Assembly: GCA_025786725.1 (NCBI GenBank)
Contig: JAHLTZ010000008.1
Span: forward strand, 124,001 to 188,000
Length of the DNA: 64,000 nucleotides
DNA from: Syncephalis fuscata S228
Lineage: Eukaryota > Fungi > Zoopagomycota
Reading direction: 5' to 3'
The notes below the pieces were generated by a model. It had not been told where the DNA came from and did not search any database. It was given only the letters and a program-made list of their open reading frames with translations. Both the position numbers and the translations under genes were made by a program. This document shows positions 14,106 to 26,761 of this stretch, in pieces (within the stretch, counting starts at the first letter, position 1; every line of letters starts with the position of its first letter).

Positions 14106-16038
14106 GTTGTCATAAAATAATAAGTAAAATGTTACTCAGCTAAAAAAAATTGAATTGAAAGGTCTTAAAATATGCTGTGGCTAATTAAAAAGCAGCTGCG
14201 GACTGGCTCATAAATACCATAAATAAGGTAGCAGTCAATAGATTCAATCGTAGCTGATTGTTTTAAGTGAAGCTTTTTGATAAAGCGCAAAAATAACGAG
14301 CAAAAGCAATAATATCCGTGTCGATAATTGATAATCAAATTCGTTAAAATAAAACGTAAATGCACAGCGTCGCTATGGTATCGTCAGTGACGGGAAACTG
14401 TGCGGCAGATAGATGTATAGAAGAAAGAAGGCAAATGAGATAGATGCTAAATTTGTGAATAGTTGCGACGAGACAAGCAAAATAGCGGATTTTTATAGTG
14501 TTCTTGTAGTTGGCGTAAAGGCAAAACAACTGGTTAACAATTGCCAATACGCTGCTTCACAAAGTTACTCACCTGCCCATACTATAGACATAACATTAAG
14601 TCAGCCACAGTGAACAACAGGTGACGAGTGAAACGCCGATTAGACAACATGAGAACACTTGTGGATAGTGAAATGTTGACGAAAGTTGGAGCAATGTTTG
14701 TGTAGTGTATGTTGGTTTTAGCTAAATGCCTAACACCGCTAAACTGGTCGTTAGTGCAGCGTTCAATGGTGTGACCGCGGCGTTTTTTTCGCCATCAATA
14801 AATAATATTACATCAATCTACTTTGCTGTATAACAAAAAATATGACGCAAATAGTCTTTAGAATCAAGCATTACGCGTGCTAATAATAAATTTTGAGTAA
14901 CATGTAACTGTGTGTCGTGTAAGCAGAATATTTCATTAATTGCAACAACAAAGCTTATCCCTCATTCTGGGTAATATAAATGAATAAAACTATTGTGTGC
15001 CATTTGTTTGGCACAAACAGAGGCCATATCGCCAATGAGCAACTTCGTTTGCAAAGATCATGTGAACAATATGTGGAGTCGCCCAATTGTGCACAGGTGT
15101 ACCTATCCTTGTTCAGCTTTTAGCGCTATTTTGAGGCCTTGTAACCGCTAATGTCCATATTAGGCTGCTTTACCAATAGCTATCAATAATACACAAATGG
15201 AATTCATCAAATTATTGGCTATTGTTTTACTACCTGATATGCCATTACTCCTATAACCGTTTTCAAACATTACTTTTATCCCACGGCGTTTGATATTTAC
15301 GCCAGCAATAGTTGTTTCTAGTTGAGGCCAAACTCGAAGTTTCACATCCACAAATAGCTGTATATACGGGTTCGCTAAACAGTAATGCATATTTAGCCTA
15401 AATTAGTAGTAGCACTATTTATTGATCAACAAACAAGGCATTTCTACACGTCAGGTCTTTACACTCAAGGTGTGCAGGTTAAAAATACCTTCATGCTTAG
15501 TAAAAAAATATTGATCTGTCTATAGCTATTAGATGCTGCCAAGTTTTGATAAACGATCAGATAGAGCGCAAAATTATAAATAAAAATCAGCATGCTGCGT
15601 TTTAATTATGGTAGATAGAGGAGGTGTTACTAGCCCAGTAGTTAAGGCAGCGTCTCCCAAGCTGAAGGCTTTGGGTTCTTTAGTTTGAATCAATCCTTAA
15701 GTGGAAATCCCCCAGTTTTTCTAGTTAAACAAGCTCAATTAAATTAAATAAGTGGGTCTAGAAACAAGACCTTGGCCAGAATAGCTGAAAAGAAACAATT
15801 GTAATTAACTTCAAGAGAATAGTGCTGTTTAGCACCATTTAAAAGAAATGACCTCCGCGTAAAGTTTATATGGACCGGATTTTGTGCAAAAACGTGGCTA
15901 TCCACCCATTAGTTTGGAGAAGTCCAAAATAGTGGAAAGCAGCACAAATTCTTTAATTATGCACAGCAGGACTCATAAGTTTTCTAAAATAAAATAAAAA
16001 TAAAGAGAAATTAAAAAATACGCCGTTATTAAATTTTA

Positions 16039-16626
16039 GGGGATTTTGAAAATACATTGTTTTAAATTTCATTATAATAAGGTCCTCTTTTCAAATTTTA
16101 TTTATTGAAATATATTGTTTTAAAAATCTACCAAATGTCTACCAAGCTATTTTAAAATGCCGTATTTAACAATATTGAAATACTGAAGCCTCTGTTGACA
16201 AGTTTAATTTGTTAGCAATTGAAATTTTAAGAGGAAAAAAGTGATTCAACAAGATTACAGCTCATTTGTCTTCATGAAGACCGTTCCAGCAACAAATATT
16301 GGTTTATTTCGGCTGCTAGAAAGCAGAAAACCAGCCTATTAAAGACTGCTAATGCAATCTTGAACGTTTTGACGACTATCCATACAATTCTGGTAATAAT
16401 AATATTATATTTATTACTAAATATATGCAAATAATGTTGCTACACTTTCAAATGTAAAATCAACATATATACAAGTAAAAACATCAAGATAAGCGCATGT
16501 TAATTATTAATATACACCAACAATTGCAATGATCAACAGATGCTATTGTTTGTTATTAGTATTAAATGACTTTGACTTATAGCAATAGTTTAAATCAACA
16601 GATTTATAACAAAAGTTGTAATTGAT
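16039..16626 (+). mobile_element. Left arm (TIR plus decayed 5' part) of a Mutator-like TIR element
   Basis: The ~83-bp end (16039-16121) is an inverted match to 33498-33570. The whole arm has an inverted copy at 42505-43094. Confidence 0.6.
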
Positions 16627-17160
16627 TGTTACGCTTCTTGTTTTAAAAATTGCAACTTGATGACCAAGCAACACATTATCCTGTCGCTATCCTATAACAT
16701 TAATTTCTGATGCTTATTAACGCTTACTTAACGCTCAGAATAAATGTGTTGTTTGGTTGTATTGCTTTTATAATAAGATTATTCCTTATTGGTCGTTAAT
16801 TACCACAGTTTAACTATAATAAACTGAATAACTTGTATGACACTAAGTAGAAATAATATTGGACTAGAAACTTATTATCCTTTATTATATTGAACAAAGC
16901 TATCATTATATAGTAAACACAACTAATAATAGAACTTGAATGCCTTGTGGTATTTCATCATTAGTGCAGCATATTAGTTCAGGTGGCTGCTCATATGCTC
17001 ACAACTAACAAGTAGCTACTCGTCATATTGTCGTAATAGACATTTGTTACTAGTAATCAGTACTAATATTTGATAGTTATATTATTTTTGTGATCAATCA
17101 CACGATATATCACTTAGTCACACTTTTACAAGACCTGTCCGGAATATCAGAACAGTAATA
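16627..17160 (+). mobile_element. Solo LTR, copy 1
   Basis: TGTTAC...GTAATA ends (family consensus TGTTAC/GTAACA). Homologous to three other copies. Flanks TGAT/GTAT. Confidence 0.7.
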
Positions 17161-17454
17161 GTATGTTACAACCTTATTCTTTCTTTTTATGTACATACTT
17201 TAAACCATGTTATGCAAAAAAAAAATTAGTTGCATTCGATCATTATTTACTCAAATAAATTATTACAAATATAAATGTATATTTTGATTGAATTAAAACG
17301 CAATTATTAAATTACAAACAATATTAAATAAATTATTTTATATGATATTATTATTTAAATAATGTTTATTTACAAAATTTTGTTAATACAGTTAATTTGA
17401 CTGTTAAATAACATATAAGTTTAGTTCATTAGCTTTATAGTTGTTATTAAAGTT

Positions 17455-17920
17455 ACTTACCAAAATACGGACAAATTCATTGTAGCTAACACGGTCCGCA
17501 TCGTCTCGTGTCGTGATTTTTGGCTGTCATTGCGTCAACATGTTGCTTTATATCATTTTGCTGACAATCTCCAACTGCAGTGTGTAATGCCGATTTAAGC
17601 TGATCTGTCATCAAACATTCTTTTATCCATATCATAAGCTTTGAAATTACGCCAAGTTTAATACGCTGATCACCGATTAATTGCAAGATTTGCTTTTTAT
17701 GCTTAACAAATTCTAGCATCTTGACTTGGCCATCCTTGTTGCAATCCAGATTAGCAAATAGTTTACTGAGAGTCTCGTCTGACACTGGTGAACCAGAAGC
17801 AATAAGAGCCTTTTTTAGCTCGGCTTCTGTAATAGCACGATCTCCATCGGTATCATAGCTTGAAAATGGGTCGACAAAATTCAATGAGGCTTGGTTAACT
17901 TGCTTGTAATCGAGTACCAT
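17455..17920 (-). CDS. Calmodulin-like EF-hand protein
   Basis: EF loops DTDGDRAITEAE and DCNKDGQVKMLE. Frameshifted third and fourth loops (YDMDK.., ..GTVSYNEFVRIL). The 3' end is approximate. Confidence 0.75.
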
Positions 17921-19432
17921 TTTGAATATAGCAATAAATAAAGGCAATAGATGAGAGCTGAATATTGGTACTATAACGAATGTTAATAAAAACGACTATT
18001 TAAACTATAAAAAACCACGTCATCATAGCAATTCACTAAACAGTCATATTCTGTACAATAGTTCACGTCTACGCGCAACATCATCATATTCTACTAGCTA
18101 CAATATTAACTTTGTCATTTTCACTATTCATTAAGTTTGCGTCATTGGTTTGAATACAATAAAAACGTCATTTTATTTCATGTTGGCTTGTAATACAATA
18201 ACAACGCCATTCTATCTGATGTTTGATCTATAGCATTGCTATTGCTACTAATTAGCAAGTTAATTATAGTTTATTATTTAGTGTGCACATATTCTTGATT
18301 CACTTGTATCATTAATGTTGTATATTGGTAATAATATATATATATATCATTTTATTCATTATTAAATCTTAGCTTTATTAATTGTACATCTGTCGCTGTA
18401 TATAGCGCGCTTGTAATTATTGTGTTACCATTGCTTAAATTACAAGATCCAACGAGTTCAGTTTAAGCTTGTTGTACTTAAATTAAGCTTTTCTCGTCAG
18501 GGTCTTTTGCCTGACTCTCCATTTTAATTGCCGACAGAATTATAAATACTTAATGCTGCCGGCCAAACATTAAATAAACAACTTTTTCTACTTCCAATTA
18601 CTTTTAGCTTATTTTCAGGTTTACACAGTTAAAACTTTTGTTTAAATTACGGAATAAAGCTATTTATTGGTAACAAAAGTTGTTAAGCGATTAAATTAAT
18701 AATTTATATTGATTTAAACAATTAGCAATTGACTAGACTACCTTTATTGCTCGCTCTCTCTTCTATTTAGGTTGCTTAGCAAAGCTTACAAAATTATAAA
18801 ACTAATTTGTAACAATAGTTATGTTTCTAATTTGATTAAAGCTATTTTTAAATTTTAATGATTTATATTTGGTTAAAAGAAAATACACGACAATTATGAA
18901 ATAAGTGTTACAAAATATGTAAGCAATTGTTTTTTATTATACCGAAATATCATATTGTATAGCTACAGTAATAATGGATACTTGTATATTATAAATTACC
19001 AATGAATTTATTATTTGCTACCAATTATATATATTTTATTTATTTATTTACTTTCTTGTTTATTTAAAGTTATATTTATTATTTATTATGCTAGACCACA
19101 TTAGTGATTTCAATCAATAATTTTAGTATTCATTAATACTATATTTGTAATTTATAGATCTTCGACATATAGCCGAAGTTTTTACAATATATATTAATAT
19201 TACTACTATTTTTTATTTATTAAATATACGTAAATATGATTACAGCTTTGGACATCAAATAATAACTACTCATATCCATATTTATATTAGTATATCAATA
19301 GCGATAGTCACTTATTTAACCAAATAACCATTTAGTAATAAAAATATCTAATTATTTATAATTATATTATAACAATACGTTTATTTATATCGTACGAAAA
19401 AAATGACTATTTACAAGCGAATTATCGAATGG

Positions 19433-19852
19433 TTATAAATCAACTACTGATAAAAGGTCAGCATCGGATAAAAAAATACTTTTTGCCTCTTTAGCTTCCT
19501 TGTTACGACGATCTTTCGCCTCAAGCTTATCGAGTATCTGTGATGGGTCTTGTCGTTGATGACTGTGATTCTTGGCAGAAGGCACGAACTTTCTAACGCT
19601 TGTTGGCATTTGTTGTTCACTCGATAAATCATTGTGACGTCCCATAGTTTTGGATAGCTGATTTGTATCCTGCATAGCTATGCCAAGTTCTTCGTTAGAC
19701 GAACCTAGTGAAGCTTCAGCTATAGCGGCCTCGGCATGCCCATCCGACGAGCTTGAGCCCGAGTTCAAAAACGACTGCCGCAAAGACGATACCGGATGAG
19801 GGTATTTCTTCTGCGAAGCCATCAGCTGCTGAATAAACAACGGGCCGTCCAT
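19433..19852 (-). CDS. Hypothetical low-complexity protein (~139 aa)
   Basis: GC-richer ORF island starting at ATG 19852, with no recognisable domain. Confidence 0.5.
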   Translation of the reverse strand: MDGPLFIQQLMASQKKYPHPVSSLRQSFLNSGSSSSDGHAEAAIAEASLGSSNEELGIAMQDTNQLSKTMGRHNDLSSEQQMPTSVRKFVPSAKNHSHQRQDPSQILDKLEAKDRRNKEAKEAKSIFLSDADLLSVVDL

Positions 19853-20026
19853 TTCGACAATGAATAAAATAGAGTTCTTGGTAGCAACAGAACAATAGAG
19901 TATAAGAGTAATGGTTGCCAACAAACTGATAATGTAGAATGTACAAATATTTCAGAAAATGATACTAAATAGTGGGAGATTCAACACCGATACACCTTGG
20001 GAACCAAATTTATTAAGACATTTGTT

Positions 20027-21804
20027 TTACTTTAATATTTGCAGCCCATTAGACACAGAACATAGCCATGTGTACAGACTATTGCCCTCGTTTTTACCAT
20101 CCGACGTCGACAAAATAATGCCATTTTCACATCCAATGGCAAGAGACGAACTGGGCGTGGAAGTGTTGGTAGGTGAGACTTGCCATGTAAGTGACTTAGT
20201 ATTAATCTCCATTGGTGTATCTAGTGTATTTGATTAATTAACAACAAATAAACATACTTTTAGTTACCATTATCTAGTGCTGAATAACTATTATCATACA
20301 TAAAAAACTATTAATTACTAATTAGTATTATGACCGATTATTATTGCCATCAAGATTAGCATATATTTATTTTCATACCTGTATATGTTCTCCTGGGATA
20401 AGATCGCCCAGTGTATCTATGGCTACCTGGCCTCGTGATGGATCACCACTGATAACTCTGCCTAGTAAGCGAGCTTCCTATATATCATTGTTATATTTAA
20501 TCCTGCTATTAATATGCCATCAGTAAATAGTAGTAATACCTTTGGCGAATACGGTGCTGTCTTATCGCATTTAAGATCTTTGTTATAAACGCCAATATAG
20601 TATTCTGTAGTCTCAGATTTTAATTTTTGAGATGTATCCATTGAGCGATAGTGTGTTAATAGTGTAGATATAGCTGCCTTGTCATCTAAATCTACAATTA
20701 CATTACCGCGACATCTAGTTATTATGCATTCGTATTGATTAGTCAGTAGCAATATATGGAATATAGCATATTGACTTGCCTTGTGATAGTCATAGGATTG
20801 CCAAGAGGCTGAAGTCCAGGGAATGAGCGTGTCACTGGTACGCTATCTTCTGACGAATTATACGTAATGGCGGCACCCACAATACCACTCTCTGTTACTT
20901 GTTCATTATAGAATAGCGTATGAGATAGACCAGTAACAAACGGTGTTAATGCAGCTACGCCGCCCATCTAAAACAACAACAGCATAAATAAAATGGTTGC
21001 AGTTTTAATAGATAGCTACCATGACAGCTTGAGGAAAGCGATGGTTGACAGCCTCAAAAAATGCATATGGTTCCGTGTCAGTGGCCAATATAAACGCGGT
21101 AGGATTCTAACGATTTATAAGCAGTGATTGTAATTAGTAGCTGTTAACCTACCGACATGGCTGTGTTTAGTTCGCTAGGTAAACAGTCGCTTATAGGTGC
21201 TCGCGTAATAGACCGGAAATCGGACGTTGACCAGTTCGATTCGTCAGTTCTAGTGTTACGATCGCCACTACCTTGTTCTGAGCTCATACGCAAGTGCGCA
21301 GGCCAACGACCTACAGGATTGGAGCGACGCCGTGGCAGTCTGCCTACAGGTATATGGAAGGGTACTACCTGCGTTGTGTTTGTATCAAATGCTAGTTCTA
21401 TAATAGCCACACCAGGTTTTGTGGTGTGGCCATTAATCGCGTCAACAACGCAGCCAAGTTGCACGGTATTAGTTGCTTTTGACGTTTCATTCAGACTATC
21501 CGTGCATAACTGCGGCAGAGTAAGAAGCTCAGTTTCCGAGTAATGTTTGTTTGCATAAATTAGCCGGAGTATACGGTGCTGTTTATCGTCATTACTGGTG
21601 CTCGTCTTTTGTCGTAAACTAATGGCACACTTATTCACGGCAGCTTGTATGTTTTCTTCATGACTATAGGCAGCATTTACGGCCGTCCACAGAAAAGCTT
21701 AGACTGAGCTTTCTTATTTTGTCGCAGCGTTAGACCATAGCAATATCTACCTGAATGCTGGTATAATATGGATATTGACGTGTCGCACGGTGGGATAGAA
21801 GCAT
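20027..21804 (-). CDS. FIST-domain protein (multi-exon)
   Basis: LGCVVDAI, MGGVAALTPFVTG..TLF, LQPLGNPMTITRCRGNVIVDLD and ISGDPSRGQVAIDT resemble fungal FIST N/C proteins. The start is approximate. Confidence 0.65.
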
Positions 21805-22063
21805 AGTGGAACAGTAATAACAGCAAAAATAAATGTGCAAATATCAATCGATTAATTAATTAATGGGAGCTACTATCTAAAAAGTTTTATCTCTAAACAG
21901 TGTTTGTAAATCGGCCCACATAAAAATATGATAAAGATCCGTTGAATAAGCGAAAGCAACATTAACATACTTTGAAAGATAAAGCAATGATGCTTTAGTT
22001 TAAATAAATAAATAATTTATTATCAACCATTAAATCTACGCCATTAGGTGAAAACAACTTTAA

Positions 22064-23716
22064 CTAGACGGCACTATAATCCGTGATTGCTATGAAATTG
22101 CTACGCGTACTGAAATACATGCTGGCCATCATCAAATAGGCCGATTCGTGTTGATCTCCCATAAAGCCGTAAATATAGCGCACATCTTGCTTCTTATTCA
22201 TATCGATAAGTACTGACTCGGAAATTCCATCAACATGAACCTCTCGAAATACGTACAAATTACCAATGATATGCTCGTATGCAATGGCAAATGGCCAATA
22301 GAATGTTTCGGTATAATCATGTCCATCTTTTTCATAAACCAATACACGATCAAATAAATAGCCAGTAAATCCTTCTTGCAGCAAAGCGATAGTGGCATGG
22401 CTTTCTGGAATGCGCATCGAGCCTTGTGCAGCGCAGCTTTTACCAGCAGATGCCACGCTGTGGACTACCTGCATATCGGCAATTTCATTGTGGCCCATTT
22501 CAAGTACCACTCGTGATGCATCTAAGGCGCAGGCACGAAATGGTATTGATTGTGGTCGTTGACTAAGGTAAAGCCATCCAAGACGTAGTTGTTTAACGGG
22601 CTTGGTGGCTGAAAATCTATATAAAGCCCATGTAATACGATGGCTATCATTAGCCTCTAATCGCGCCGTATATACGACTGCCGAGCCTTTTTCAACTTTA
22701 TAGAAGCACAAAGCATGCCAATGGCCGTCAATACTGCCAGGACAAATGGTGCCGCGTTCATGTCACCATTGATATATTTGTTTTAATGCCACTTCCTAAA
22801 AAGGTATTTTTAGATTGATGTAATCTACACTGTAGCATTACCTACCTTTATAATTCATCATACTAAATTGATCTAATCTAAATGATACTAGATCTTTATT
22901 CAAATGCTCAGACACTATTGCCCACCTTCCACTAACCAGTTCCAACTGAGCATCTATAGGAATGGTACACGTATGCAGTACTTGGTGATGGTGACGATCA
23001 CGTATTTCCAAAATACCATTTTCGGTCCTAGTTTCTGGCGTGCCTATTATGGCCGTGTAGCAATCTGACATTAACGGGTACTCATCCTTGCCACAACAAT
23101 GGCTAGGATTGAGCCTCCATGGTATAGCTTTCTTAGCTTCATAAGCTGAGACTGTGTCGTTGTTTATGCTCGAATTATCAATACTGGAGCTTGTAAGACT
23201 TTCAAGGCTGTAAATCGTTTCGATAGAATCGTTTGTCTCTTTGGAACATCCTTTCAATACAACACCAGTGGCTGCCACAGCACCGTTATTAAACTGCTTG
23301 CCATTCAGATCGATATTGACCTCAACATCTGTTGTGTTGGAGCGGCACAGCCGCCAATTGTGCTCAATGCATACGTGTCGCCGATAGACGTCATACCAGT
23401 CGAGGCTTTTTAAAGAAGTGGGCACATTATCTGGCATATCAGTACTATTGCGATAGTTACGAGCGCACCAATAGACAAACTCCCACTCTTTGGCATGATA
23501 AGCACCAAACATAAAATGATGTTTGTATATCTCTTTCCATAATAGCGTGTTGTTTCTAATTCTATTTCTTAATGAGCGACAGCAAACGCTTAAACGTAGC
23601 AATACTGATATTGGCAAATAGATAAACATACGATGCAAGTCGCTGGCTGGAAGTGTCCTTAGTAGCGTTATTAGTTTACAAGGTCGAGTCGATTGGACGT
23701 GCTTAATGGAAATCAT
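22064..23716 (-). CDS. F-box protein with divergent beta-rich C-terminus
   Basis: LRTLPASDLHRMFIYLPISVLLRLSVCCRSLR..LWKEIY (F-box), followed by DWYDVYRRHVCIEHNW. Confidence 0.75.
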
Positions 23717-23927
23717 TTTGGAAAAAAGACATGCCGCACAGATAAGCGGTTGCTGCCAATTATATTTATATTAGCAGCCTTGCCTTTTCTGTACAATGCT
23801 GTGCCATGACTGTTAATCAACAAACAACTGGTTTATTGGTAAAATCACAGCAACAAAATGACTTGCGCATTAATAAACACTTCAACATTTGTATGTTCAT
23901 TTAAGCCGATTAATGTTCTACAAATAC

Positions 23928-24934
23928 TTAACATAATAATAAAAGCGTTTTATTTATATTAAATAATGTGTGACGACTAATTATCATCGTCATGTGGGAA
24001 GGCTGATGGAGGCAAAAATGTATAACAAAGACCAAAAATAAACGCCACCAGTCCAATGCAACTACAAGCAGAGGTGTAATAAACCAGTTTTTTCTTTCGC
24101 CGTAGTGATTTGGCCACAACATTGTTGATGGTGTTTTGGTCAGATGATTTGGTTGGTATTGCCGGTCTTCAGCTCGGCCCCTTTGGCAGAAAAGACAGCA
24201 ACAGCTGACGATGAATAGTATGGCACCAGCAATAATCGCTGGTAATCCAATAATTAAATGAGCTAGAAAAAACGAATTCATATCACCTGAGGAACAGGCG
24301 AATTGATTGTTGTGTGAACTTGATATAATACACTCCGCATGGCACTAGCATTGCAGCTTTAATTGATTGTGCATGAATTGATTTAGTCTATTTACCTGAC
24401 TACTTGTTAAACATAGACTATAGGCATCTTTAATAGGCTTGCAAACGCCATTTAGTCCACAGAATCCACTTTTACAATTACCATAGGTATGCCAGCCTTC
24501 ATCTTGAACAATTGAAGTTAGATTGGCCTGGTATTGTTGGCGTAGTTCAAGCGTTTTCGGTACAGGACAGCGTTTACACTTGTGGCCTGTACCGACTTGC
24601 GGAATGTTTATAGATACAATTTGCAACTGGGAAATAGTACATCCAGCTGTGTTATTTGGTTTACAAAAAAAGCCATCTTCTTGGACAAAGCACTTTTGGC
24701 CTGAAGGACAAAATCTCCCGTAGTTGAACAGGCTGACACCGATGCATTCATAATTCCTATCGCTACTGCTTGATTTAATGCTAAATAAGATGATATAGCT
24801 GAACACAATTACTGCATATATAGCAAGCAATAGCCTAAGTAATAGAGAATAAAACTAAACCAATGGATACGTAAAAACAAACTTGGGTCACAATGCCGAA
24901 TAGAGCAGGCTTTAAATGTTTGCCAAGGTGTCAT
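23928..24934 (-). CDS. Cys-rich membrane protein (approximate ends)
   Basis: N-terminal hydrophobic segment, Cys-rich ectodomain (CPSGQKCF, GNCKSGFCGLNGVC), intron at about 24344-24394, and two C-terminal TM segments. Confidence 0.55.
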
Positions 24935-25192
24935 ACCTGATCTACGCTGTAAGTATGCCGTTTAGATCACCACTTCAGCTTTTATCATGTAAATCGGAGG
25001 TGAAATCATTTTATTGAGTAATAATCGATACACGCATATGGGTTGAGTTGGGTTTTGACATGCAGCCATCCTAAACATTGTGTTACAAAAAGGCCTTTAG
25101 ATAATCTATTTTGGATGTCACTGGACAACTTGTGAACGTGAGCTTTGATGTGAATAAAATAGTAACAAATTAGCAAATAGCTAGTTTATTTA

Positions 25193-26593
25193 TTAGCTCG
25201 TTGCCATTAAATTGATATTCGACAATTCCTGTTGAACATAATCGCCTGTAAGAATCTCGGGATACTTTTCGTCATCCTTGTTATTTAACAACGGATGCAA
25301 TAGGTTGTCGGAAGCGATATGAAGGAAAAAGGTCGAAGAAATGCGCCATAGCGGCCTGTCTGGCCGGCTTGTCTTTGATCGTTCAATTGCCTAATCAATT
25401 CGTAATAAGTATGTATTGCTTATCAAGTATAAAAATAGATCACCTGTACAGTTGCATCGGTAATGACAACTTCATGATAGCCGGCCTGAACGACGCCTCC
25501 TGTCAGCCATTCAAGTTCCTTGCCTGCTTGTACGAGTAGACAGCCATCGGGTACACGAACTGCAAGTTTCTTTGCACCATTTCGTGGCCAAATGTACAGC
25601 CCGGGGAAGCGAGATTTGCCATGAATGGTCAATAGATTAAAGTCATAATGGAATCCTATTATAAATTGTTAGCTACTATTACTACTATTGCTTCTATAGT
25701 CATATTCAAGCCTTACCAGCCAAAATAGTATCGGGCTTATTGTATTGTTGCAAGTCAGATGCTGTTGGGGCGAGTAAATGTGGCCCTCCTTTTGTTAGCT
25801 TTGTAAGCGCATCAGCCGGCAAATCAAAGCCAACAGCGGTCATTTCCGCAATTGTCAGCACAGCTGCATGCATATGGTTGCCCCAGTTGTTCATCGTACT
25901 TTCCCATTGCGGAAAGCCTAGTTAAAAACAATGCACAATAATTACAAATTAGTACATAATCAAAACTATAAATACTGAAACTATTACCTTCAGGAATAAC
26001 AGGTGGTGCATTCAGCTGTGGAAACTTTGAGCTGTTAGGCTGCTCGCCAATGCGCCAGAAGAATCGCCACTTAGGATCGGGACCAGTAGAAATTAATGGC
26101 CGGCTTTCCTCTGGCATCTAATTTATTTAAATAAATTAAATACAGTAACAAAGTATTCGTTTATATTTATTTAGCTTACCTTATTGATAACATCTTGGCA
26201 ATGTGGATCATTCCACACTTGGGCGCTTCACGTAGCGACGGTGTAGCGCCGATTTGATAGCTGAGTTCTGCACGAACATCCTTCATCTTTTGTTCCTCTG
26301 GTTGAGCAAAGTAGTCCTCAACCATATCGAGAAACCGTTCGTTATCTTGCTGCGTCACTCTTGGATCCGCACCAATAAAGCGCCATAGTCGCGCAGTGCT
26401 TCAGCAGCCTAAACAATAGTAATAGAAGTATATATATATTGATATGACATTTATATATGTTATACATTATCGATGTTTGCCCTTCTATTTATCTTTCTTT
26501 AGTAAAGCTTACCTTGCGGCACTCTGCACTGGCTGCAGCGCTGGTTTTATCGCTGAAATAAACGTTAAGATCAATAATAGGCAAGTCTTCCAT
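25193..26593 (-). CDS. 2-oxoglutarate/Fe(II)-dependent dioxygenase (IPNS/clavaminate-synthase-like fold)
   Basis: MEDLPIIDL start, GFHYDFNLLTIHGKSRFPGL (HxD), GYHEV and RPLWRISSTFF, with several introns. Confidence 0.85.
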
Positions 26594-26761
26594 GACTATA
26601 GACAACAATTGAATGTGGTGTAGAAATGAACAGTTTGAAAAAAGACTGACGTGGGCCAGCAATACCATTTTCAATATCCGCTTACTGACCAACTCAGGCC
26701 TTACATGCCCAAATAGATTACAACACAGCTGAATATAAATAGAATGAATCAGTAGCTAAAA

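Larger units (their letters stand above)
7958..16013 (+). repeat. 8-kb segmental duplication, copy 1 (direct copy at 33627-41670)
   Basis: Near-identical sequence from tataataaa.ccattttggtcac to aaagagaaatta, with matching ORF translations. Confidence 0.97.

Noticed and set aside
15160-15390. 76-aa ORF duplicated at 40817-41002
   Set aside because: No recognisable motif, and the start is not preserved between copies.
18391-18536. TGTCG...CGACA-bounded segment as a second short LTR or MITE
   Set aside because: Single copy, no target-site duplication and only a 5-bp inverted match.
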